DNA from: Mayamaea pseudoterrestris
Taxonomy: Eukaryota
Length of the DNA stretch: 64,000 nucleotides
Assembly (NCBI GenBank): GCA_027923505.1
Contig: BROI01000032.1
Span: forward strand, 124,001-188,000
Direction of reading: 5' to 3'
Part shown: one piece after another, positions 55,568 to 64,000 of the stretch
Position numbering within the stretch: position 1 is the stretch's first letter
How the letters are laid out: every line of letters starts with the position of its first letter
Translations under genes and position numbers: made by a program
Notes under the pieces: generated by a model
What the model was told of the DNA's origin: nothing
Database searches by the model: none
What the model saw: the letters and a program-made list of their open reading frames with translations, nothing else

Positions 55568-56146
55568 GACTCGCGGAGTCGGGTGTCTGACTGACGAATC
55601 TGGGATTGTTACAGCTAAGAGTTGAGCGATACTCGTGTCAACGAAATGAAACGGATTCTCGTGCGTGAGATGTGACTGATCTCCTTTCAATGCACTGGCA
55701 AAAGATCTTCACTTCCTCTGGCCACACTCTAGTCAACTACTAGTAGTGGAAGACGGGATGGAGTTGTCTTGGTTGTGGAGAGGGACGAATTCGCTGCTGG
55801 TGAAGGGAGGATGGAAGCCGCTTCTGGTTGAGTCTTCCGCATGTCGCGCGTCGACGCACGCGCGACGAGGACGTTTCTGATAGGCTAAACGAAACTGGAA
55901 ACTACGGAACAAAGAGCAGATGCAGGTGTACCGTTCGGCAGCAGACGCAAGTAAAAGATCGATGCTTATTCGTCAGTTTGAGTATTCATCAATGGTGTCT
56001 TGCTTCCATGGATCGTGCGTCGAAGAACAGTGAGGAACAAAACAAACAAGTGCTGCAGACGTCTCGGCATTTCTATTACCGCACATGGCTTTCTGTCGTC
56101 ACCTTATGTCGGCGCTTGATGAACGAGCTCCCGATACATATGGCAT

Positions 56147-57010
56147 ATGTCAAGTCGTGTCCCGGTGATAATGAAGATTCATCCTCACAAAATCTGGCCA
56201 GCCCTCAACTTCCCGTTTCGAAATCGCGCGACAAAAATATCGAACATGAACTTCTATAGCACCGCCATGGCACTCAACAACATTGGCGTAAAGCTGCTCC
56301 AGCATCATCAAGTCTCCGCTGCTATTGAGACTCTGCAAGAGGCGATTGGAGTAATGAAGAACGTCGTTGATGAGTCAGGCGCTGCGCCAGCGGCAACGGC
56401 ACTGCCGGAGGAAGGTAATTTACTCCGTGCTTCAGCTCGACTCACGGAAGCAATGGCTCATCCTGTCGATAGTGATCTCGTCGTTGACGTCCTTTGTCTT
56501 GACTTGAACGGTTTGGCTGTGCCAGATCGCAAAACGCTTTCGCAGCCCCAATCGTTAGTATTCCGACCGATCCTCATGGACTGCTTCTGCGCCAACTGCT
56601 CCAATGTGTCGGAAAAACCTTTTCATTCAAGCAACCCGATCATGGAGAGCAGCATTATTCTCTACAACCTTGGAGTTGCTAGTCTCCTAGCTGCAAAGCT
56701 TCAGGTTGCCAAGAAGGATGCCGAAAAGGCAAAATGTCTTGCCAATGCCGCGCGATTGCTGGAGCTTGCGTTCACCCTCATCTCGAGACTCTCAGCAGAG
56801 CCTTGCAAGGATCGATCAGTGCCAGTTATCCTCTTCCTACAGCTTGGCCTCTACATGACTTCGTGCATTGCTCATACGTTACGCGAGCAAGGTCAGTTCC
56901 AAGCAACTAATACAGCGTTGGCTCGCATGTCGCTCATTGTGGAAGCCCTGGCAAGTATAGGCATTGATATATTTGGAGGCAAATCTACTCTTGCTGCATC
57001 TGCTGCTTAA
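56147..57010 (+). CDS. Hypothetical helical (TPR-like) protein
   Basis: ALNNIGV.LL and SIILYNLGVA helical-repeat-like motifs. The start may be the later ATG (MNFYS). Confidence 0.7.
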   Translation: MSSRVPVIMKIHPHKIWPALNFPFRNRATKISNMNFYSTAMALNNIGVKLLQHHQVSAAIETLQEAIGVMKNVVDESGAAPAATALPEEGNLLRASARLTEAMAHPVDSDLVVDVLCLDLNGLAVPDRKTLSQPQSLVFRPILMDCFCANCSNVSEKPFHSSNPIMESSIILYNLGVASLLAAKLQVAKKDAEKAKCLANAARLLELAFTLISRLSAEPCKDRSVPVILFLQLGLYMTSCIAHTLREQGQFQATNTALARMSLIVEALASIGIDIFGGKSTLAASAA

Positions 57011-57282
57011 AGCAACGGATGTAACGGCAGTTAGTCAATGGAGTTGACGCGATCAGCTTCACAGTCTGCCACACTGACCACATCTAATACATTAAAGTTT
57101 TGAATTTTATACATATATTGCTTAGAAAGGTCTGTTAAATGCAACACATATTAGAACATGCATGGAGCTGCAGCTAGTGATATCAGCAGCGTACTCGTAC
57201 AAGATGCAACATGACAAGCACAATTCATCTAATGGATCCTCGGCATTATACGCTTCAAACTTTTCCATAAAACAATCGGCCT

Positions 57283-58143
57283 CTACTCTTCCGCCACATT
57301 CTCCGCATCCGTTGTGACCGTCGACACCGTCATGCCCGAGTCCCAAGCTTCCGAAGATCGAGTACTGCCACGCTCGTCAGCATCTTCAATGATTTCCTTG
57401 TTGATGCTCTGCTGGTTCGAATTCATGCCAGCCCCAATGCTCTTGTCCAATGGTTCGCACAAGCGGGCTAGCGTTCGACGAGTAAACTGCTGGATGCGGG
57501 TATCATCCTCAAAGTCTTCAAAGGCTGCCGCAAGCACTCGCACGCATCCATTCTTGACCAAGACTGGGGCAAAGTCTGGCCAACTACTGGCATTGTCCAA
57601 GGACCACGCGGCCCACTCTTGCAAGTCGCGGCAGCGTGGGTAGCGCTTCATGGCGGCAACAATCGGACCGACTCCATCCAACGTCACAACCAGTCGCTTG
57701 GTATTCGACTCGCTCCTCAGCACCAAATTCAAAATGGCTCCAATCGCGCAGCGCTGCACGTCTTCCACACCTTCAAAGTTGACCATGGCCGCCAAGACAG
57801 TTTCGAGTGCACCCACTTGGACGCACGCATCGCAAAAGGCGACCGACTCCAAACCCGCCGACCCCGCATTTTGAATCGCTCGGCAACCCTGACGCTGAAT
57901 CTTGGTATTCTTCCACCACTTCTTGAGAACTTGGACAATGAGCAAATGACCGCCAAAGATGAACAAGTCATGACGACTCTTGTTGGCCTGCGTTGCATCG
58001 TGGAGAATGCACAAATCGGCCAGCTGCGACAAGGCATTCTTGACAATGCGGCGGTCATCGGAAAGCAAGTCTTGCGTCAAGAGTTTCGGAACGAGCTCAA
58101 GGTTTGAATGATCACGAGGCGGAGTCGCCTTCCATTTCATCAT
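57283..58143 (-). CDS. Armadillo-repeat protein
   Basis: Repeats GG.LLIV.VL...IQ..GC.AI.N, GALE.VL.AM...VQ..AIGAI.NL and GV..IV.AM...LQ..A.WSL.N. The start is uncertain (ORF extends to 58368). Confidence 0.8.
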   Translation of the reverse strand: MMKWKATPPRDHSNLELVPKLLTQDLLSDDRRIVKNALSQLADLCILHDATQANKSRHDLFIFGGHLLIVQVLKKWWKNTKIQRQGCRAIQNAGSAGLESVAFCDACVQVGALETVLAAMVNFEGVEDVQRCAIGAILNLVLRSESNTKRLVVTLDGVGPIVAAMKRYPRCRDLQEWAAWSLDNASSWPDFAPVLVKNGCVRVLAAAFEDFEDDTRIQQFTRRTLARLCEPLDKSIGAGMNSNQQSINKEIIEDADERGSTRSSEAWDSGMTVSTVTTDAENVAEE

Positions 58144-58729
58144 GGTTGCTTGTTGTAAAGTTGCTATTTGCTTTTGCAGTGCAAAAGAATCCAACTCAAT
58201 GCACGCAGCGATGGCGAGTGAAATTTGTGCGTGAAGTGCATGCTTACCGTTCGTGGAAGTGTCCACGCTAGGATGATTGAGCGAAATGGCCAAGCACCTT
58301 CGGTACTGGTCGCGTTCCATCACGTCATGACGCAGTTGGAAGGTGCAGCGTGATGATGACGCGTACATGAGTTGACTTCATTGTTGCACCTCTATCAGTT
58401 GATGCTTGGACCGTACACGTGAACGAGCTTGCCTCAAATTACGAGCGGCTGCATGATGAAGCTCGCTTGCGACACATCAACGGATGCATACAAATTGTCT
58501 TTTCTAACTAATTCATACATACTATTGTAATCGGGGATTGCTCTACGGTTGCATGTTGCTGGATGCGAGCAATCTACAACCGCCGTTTCCATCGCACTCA
58601 CAGTTTCGGCGCGTACGTCACAGCGCGGTTGAACATCATCGTTTTTTCGACGTACCGACCGACCATGAACCATGACCGTGCATTGCCGAGACGCCGAGAC
58701 TCACAGCCAAGCAACGCGCTCACTTTACA

Positions 58730-59523
58730 ATGCGGAATCCATTTCTTACTCTAATTCTGCTTGCTGGCACTGTACATGTTAGTTGCTTTACGATCAATCA
58801 GCCTCGCTTGGCGTTAAAATCGACTGCTTCAAACCATCGATTTGCATCGAATAGCGTGCACCGCCAAAGCGACATAATTTCCACAAAATCAGCAACCTAC
58901 AGGAGAAGAGAAAGCGCACTGTTTGCATCCCTAGATGTCGATACGATTGCACTTGTCGTTGGTCAAGAGAACTATGGACTAGCCGCCGTTTGTCTCGGCG
59001 AAGCAATATGGTCCTTTGCGCAAGCCCCGTCGCTCTCGCAAATCAAGCTCTTGCTGCCAGGCGTGCTTGCGGCACTTGTACTTGGATTCGTATCTGGTCC
59101 AATGGTAACAAGTGGAGATGCGGGTTCCATTGGGACGGGTTTGTGGATTGCGACGGCGGTGTCCATTGCCTTGGGGGCCAGCTATGTGACGCGGTGAGTA
59201 TAGAGTATATATATTGTCTCTTTGGGCTAGAAAGAAATGACTCTTTGGTCTCACATAGCATTTCTCGGTACATTTACACATGCAGACTTCTGTCACCAGT
59301 CGGTGATTCTTCAAAAGAGATTGCCGCACTCGGTTTGCTGGTATCAGTCGCCGGTTTCTTTTCCTTTGGTCAAAACCTTATCGTCGATGGCTTTGTCACA
59401 CTGCCAAACATTCCACTACCCAGTCTGTTACCAATGCCGGATGGTGATGGTGGAGTGGACTATGAAGCCATTATGAGCATAAAGAATTCGGCGACGGATG
59501 CAGCGGCTGTGACGGCGGAGTGA
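58730..59523 (+). CDS. Probable plastid-targeted multi-pass membrane protein, 2 exons
   Basis: Signal peptide ending VSC-F plus a transit-like region. Intron 59194-59285 gives YVTRLLSPVGD. Three to four TM helices. Confidence 0.75.
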
Positions 59524-60044
59524 ACAAACTTCCGTAGCTGTGAGCAATCACATCGGCACACTTATCTCTAAAAACAATATAGCCGAAATAAACAAGTTAT
59601 AATGAGTAACTCGAACTAGCACTTAGAAAGGCCGATGCTTAATGTACGTACTGGGACGTGAGCAAATCAGCTACGAACGTGCGGCACAATAATATTGACC
59701 GCCCCGTTTGTTTCTGAAGGCTGTATGTGCTTGGCCGCAATGGATGAGCCATTGCATCTGAGGAGCTTTTCGGTAACCGTCTTGCAACCAGTATGAAATA
59801 GATAAGCCGAATGCCAGTATTGGTACCGGTAGCTAGTATATACTATGCTAACAAAAACTTCGAGGGGAGCACAGAAGCAATACCGGTAGGATGTCATTCG
59901 GAATAAAAAAAAATGGCGCGCTCGTTTCCGCACTCGTCACAACTCGACGTCACTGATTCATCAAACATCATCCAACACCAACACCAACACCATCACCATA
60001 TTGCTACCTCGAGTCGTCGTCGCCTTGCGCACATCAATAACAGA

Positions 60045-60445
60045 ATGGCCAAGCCACTCATAACGTTGCTGTTCGCTGCCTTCTTGTGCCTTTCGGCAAG
60101 CTCGTTTGCAGTTCTGCCTCAAACAGCACTACAACAACGAAATGCGATTGCAACTAGAGCATTTCTCTTTGGACCACCAAAGGACGATGGATCACCAGGT
60201 GGTATGTGGATGGAGATGCTATGAGTTTATGCCCTGTTTCTGTGTAACTCATCTTCGTCCTTTGCTCTAAACCAGACTATGTCTGCAAGGACTGCGGATA
60301 TGTCTTTACGAAGGGACCAAAAGCATGGGCTGCGCTTCCAGACAACTATGGGTGTCCGCCATGTGGTGCTCCAAAGCGCAGGTTCAACAAAGTACCGAAA
60401 GGTTCTGCTTCTGGCAAGATGGATGTGAAGAAAAAGTGGTTCTGA
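60045..60445 (+). CDS. Plastid-targeted rubredoxin-like protein, 2 exons
   Basis: Signal peptide ending ASS-F. Intron 60202-60275. Exon 2, absent from the ORF track, reads DYVCKDCGYVFTKGPKAWAALPDNYGCPPCGAPKRRF...KKKWF*. Confidence 0.9.
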
Positions 60446-60637
60446 GACGTCACATTCAACTAGTAAATTATTCACTTTTCCTTTTTCTTATAATCGTATC
60501 CGCTAGAGTTTTGCTCAATCTTATACTTCTTTAAAAAAATTAGTCGTCTAAACTGTCCTTGTGTTCTAGGCCGTATACTTTATAAGAATCGATTCGTTGG
60601 AGGACAAATAAGTCGCAATGCAGCAGCCTGAGCATGC

Positions 60638-61925
60638 TCACTTCGATGCTTCCGCAACTGCTCGAATGGCTTCCAAATTCTTCAGCTCGTCCGGAACGTA
60701 ATGTTTTTCAAATACCAATGGAAAGGGAGTATCGTAGCCGCAAACTCGTCGAATCGGTGCCTCTAGGTTCCAAAAGCAGCTTTCTTGAATGGACGCTACA
60801 ATCTCCGCTCCAAACCCACATGTAATCGGAGCCTCGTGGCTCACGACAAGCTTGCCAGTCTTCAAAACAGACTTTTCAATAGTTTCCTTGTCCCACGGTA
60901 GAATGGTTTGAAGGTCTATGAGCTCACACTCGATTCCATAACGGTCCTTGGCCAAGTCGCAAGCGCTCTGCAACACTCGCAGCTGACCACCCCACCCAAC
61001 AACGGTAACATCTCCACCTTGTCGCATAATGTGTGCCTTTCCTAGCTCCGTCATGTAATCGCCGGTTGGAACTTGTTCGACGGAAGCGCGATACAATGCC
61101 TTGGGCTCCAAAAAGATGACTGGATCCTTGGAACGAATTGACGACAAAAGCAGTCCCTTGCCCGCGATGGGCCCTCGTGGCATGACAACAGTTAGTCCAG
61201 GCGTGTGCGCAAGATAAGCTTCTGGACTTTGTGAGTGGTAATGCCCTCCGTGGCCGACGGCACCGCAAGCTGATTATGGAAAAACATCAAATTGTGAGCT
61301 GTCAAGTCGGAAAGAAGCGTTGTAGTCGATTGAATTATGCAAACTTACGAGCGCGAAGTGTAACGCCTCCAGCATTCCATTGGTTTCCAGATCGATACCG
61401 AAACTTGGCAAGCTAAAGCAAGAAAAAGTTTTCACTTACGTGAGCACAATGCACCTTCATCATGTGTAACGTGTCACAATCCTTTTGCATTGTCGTCCTT
61501 ACCTCATTGACAATCTGGTCCATTGCTGGAAAAATGTAATCTGCAAACTGTATCTCGCCAATAGCCGTTCCTCCTGTTGCGGCGTAACCAATGGCAAAGC
61601 CAGCAATACCATTCTCCGAAAGAGGCGTGTTGAAAATGCGGTCCGTTCCAAACTCTTCGCGTAGATTCTGCGAGCATCGAAACACTCCGCCAAATGCAAC
61701 GTCTTCTCCAAAGACAATGGCTGTTGGATCTGTCTCTAATGCAATTGACATGGCTTCGTTGATAGCGGTGAAGAAATTCATCGATTTTGTTTCGTGTCGA
61801 GGCGTCGATGAGGAAACGTCGTTTTGCTGCAACTGTGTTACCGATGCGCTAGAGAATGTGCGCTTCGGCGGAAAGCAAGTAATGCGATCATGGTGACGAG
61901 CAGAGGACTTGATGAAGCGTTGCAT
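60638..61925 (-). CDS. BCKDHB: Branched-chain alpha-keto acid dehydrogenase E1 beta, mitochondrial, 3 exons
   Basis: Motifs [43 protein letters not shown] and [16 protein letters not shown]. Introns 61413-61502 and 61270-61348. Confidence 0.96.
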
Positions 61926-62210
61926 GGCCTGGTTATAAGGTCAAAGGCAGGCAGAATGAGTATAGTGTCACGAGGATTGTTCTGTCATGGTGATGTCGTT
62001 TTGTCGATTCCGAACTTCTTGCTGGAGTGCCGCTGCGATCGCACAATGAATCATGAATTTGTGTGACGATCATCATGAAAACTGCGACGTTCCTTCCGTT
62101 GAGCGAGTTTGCGCGCTGGCGCGGTCTCGAATCGCCGAGGATGGAGGGACTTTTCGACTTTCGAGTGAGGGAATTGGTTGCCTCCATCATCGCTGCACGC
62201 CATTTCAACC

Positions 62211-64000
62211 ATGGCGAACGTTTCCGCAGTGTCAGCAACGGCGACACAACCGTCGGAAGGGTTTGTGGCAGTTCCAGAAGAAAGTGAACTCTGTCTATTA
62301 TGCCTCGACTATCTGCGAGACTTGCGAAGATCCTATCCACCCCAAACACTTCGAAGCGTGGAAGGCTTACACGCTGACTATCTTACAGTCGCTTGCTGGG
62401 CTCTCAGTCGGGCCTTTGCGGCTCCGGAACAATTGACTGCTGTACATGGGAATGATCCGTTCTTGGACTCGGCAAACATCGCGTCCTTGGCTGGAGATAT
62501 TGACTTGAACAGCGGAGGACCAATTGTACTGTCTTCGCTGCGGTCCATGGAGGATGAGCTCATCTCAAAGGAGAACTTGCCGTCGGAAGATGCCGACCAA
62601 AAGAAGGACGACGACGATGTATTTAATTTGTACGAGTACGATGACGCGCATGCCAGCAATTCGCATCGATTCTTTACGCTCTCCGGAATGGCCAGTGGAC
62701 AGTCTCTGTCGGGACCGCTCACGCTGGGCGAGCTTGTTGCGGCTGGACTATCCGGCCTAGGAGCACGGTCTCGTCTGGATGCGGAACGGGCAATGATTCA
62801 GTCACCCATGTTTCAGCAATTTGTACAGGCAGTCAAGGAACGGGGATTTTTTAGCGAGGATGATCTTGCCGCTGGTCAAGATCAAGGCAAGCTCTATGAG
62901 CAGCGCTTTAGGAAAGTGGCAGCAAAATTTCGAACCAAGCTAGCTAACAAGGCGCAAGCGGAAGGCGTTGGAGACTGGAATGCCGCAATGGCAGCAGAAT
63001 ATCAGCGGCAGCAACGTAAATTGAAACTACAGGCGGTGATGGGGCGAATGGATTTGCCGGGAATAGAGACACAATCTGACTTGATGCTCGAAGTAACGGA
63101 TTTACCGACTCCAACTTCATACAGAACCAGGAAGCAATTTGAGCTATCACCAGTTGCATCTCGCAAAGATGCAACTTCAGATGGCGCTTCCGTGTCGGAA
63201 ATATTAACGAGCGAAAATCCGCACGATGCGGACGAAGCCGAACGATACAAGAACCAAGGCAATGGCCACATGCAGCGAAAAGAATACACACTAGCAGCCG
63301 AGTGCTACACAAAAGCACTCAAGATCTCACCAACTGGGGCCAATTCGCATGTCTATTTTAGTAATCGAGCGGCAGCACTTGTCAGTATGAAAATGTTCCA
63401 AGAAGCAATTTTAGATTCTGAACGCAGCCTTGCGCTGAAGCCTGATTATGGCAAGGCACACGCTCGATTGGGGTTGACTCACTTTTTGCTTGGCAACTAC
63501 CGACAAGCCATGGAAGCATATACAGTTGCTCTCAAGTACGAACCAGACAACAAGGGCAGTAAAGCTTACCTCGAAAAATCTGCTAAACGTCTTGCCGAAG
63601 TGGGCGAGGCTACAGCAATAAACTCTGAACCGAGCTTTTCCATCGTAAGTGAATGGGAAAAGACCTCTACAAACAAATTAGCAATAAAGACGGAACACGA
63701 TGATCATTCGAAATCCGGTGATGAAAGGGATGCCGAAAAGTACAAGGCCAAAGGGAACGCGCTCATGGCAAGTCGAGAATATGAGCTATCTGTTGCTGCC
63801 TACACCAAAGCAATTGCACTTTCAAGCAATGGTCCGCAATCTCATGTATACTATTCGAATCGAGCGGCGGCGCTGTGCTATCTGGAACGCTACTTGGAAG
63901 CGGAGGAAGATTCTTTAAAGTCCCTTTCCTTGAACCCTTCTTACGGAAAAGCACATGCTCGCCTCGGCCTCAGTCGATTCTTCATGCACGATTATGCTGG
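62211..64000 (+). CDS. SGTA/Sgt2-like co-chaperone with two TPR blocks; 3' end runs off the window
   Basis: ATG at 62211, apparently open to the window end. N-terminal LCLDYL...DYLTVACWALSRAF resembles the SGTA dimerisation domain. TPR blocks AERYKNQGN...YFSNRAAA...YGKAHARLG and AEKYKAKGN...YYSNRAAA...YGKAHARLG. Confidence 0.85.
   Translation, partial: MANVSAVSATATQPSEGFVAVPEESELCLLCLDYLRDLRRSYPPQTLRSVEGLHADYLTVACWALSRAFAAPEQLTAVHGNDPFLDSANIASLAGDIDLNSGGPIVLSSLRSMEDELISKENLPSEDADQKKDDDDVFNLYEYDDAHASNSHRFFTLSGMASGQSLSGPLTLGELVAAGLSGLGARSRLDAERAMIQSPMFQQFVQAVKERGFFSEDDLAAGQDQGKLYEQRFRKVAAKFRTKLANKAQAEGVGDWNAAMAAEYQRQQRKLKLQAVMGRMDLPGIETQSDLMLEVTDLPTPTSYRTRKQFELSPVASRKDATSDGASVSEILTSENPHDADEAERYKNQGNGHMQRKEYTLAAECYTKALKISPTGANSHVYFSNRAAALVSMKMFQEAILDSERSLALKPDYGKAHARLGLTHFLLGNYRQAMEAYTVALKYEPDNKGSKAYLEKSAKRLAEVGEATAINSEPSFSIVSEWEKTSTNKLAIKTEHDDHSKSGDERDAEKYKAKGNALMASREYELSVAAYTKAIALSSNGPQSHVYYSNRAAALCYLERYLEAEEDSLKSLSLNPSYGKAHARLGLSRFFMHDYA

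Noticed and set aside
62284..62388. Possible intron near the start of the SGTA-like gene
   Set aside because: The frame from ATG 62211 is open through this region and encodes the SGTA-like helices, so no intron is needed.

Overview
Gene-dense eukaryotic nuclear DNA, most likely from a diatom. This is inferred from short GT-AG introns of about 74-130 bp, bipartite plastid-targeting AxA-FAP motifs and a Phaeodactylum-type delta-5 desaturase. There are about 30 protein-coding genes, including a membrane-anchored GH16 glucanase, a thaumatin-like protein, a ThrE exporter carrying an in-frame TAG, a CTD small phosphatase, a Deg protease, an ADP-ribosylglycohydrolase-like protein, an LSD1-like amine oxidase, a TAF1B/Rrn7-like factor, a SET+JmjC fusion, CysRS, GGPPS, rubredoxin, BCKDH E1-beta and an SGTA-like TPR protein. 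A ~12 kb non-coding repeat domain (~14.65-26.94 kb) interrupts the genes. It holds about 64 copies of a 169-bp, ~51% GC satellite whose monomer carries three short dyad symmetries, then a second ~176-bp satellite, older degenerate copies at both edges, a CpG-decay signature and hairpins at both borders. The best candidates for undescribed biology are this satellite domain, a beta-1,3-glucan-related gene trio in which two genes share an unnamed Cys-rich module, and the SMYD-type SET / JMJD5-type JmjC fusion. All calls come from reading motifs by eye; no database searches were run.
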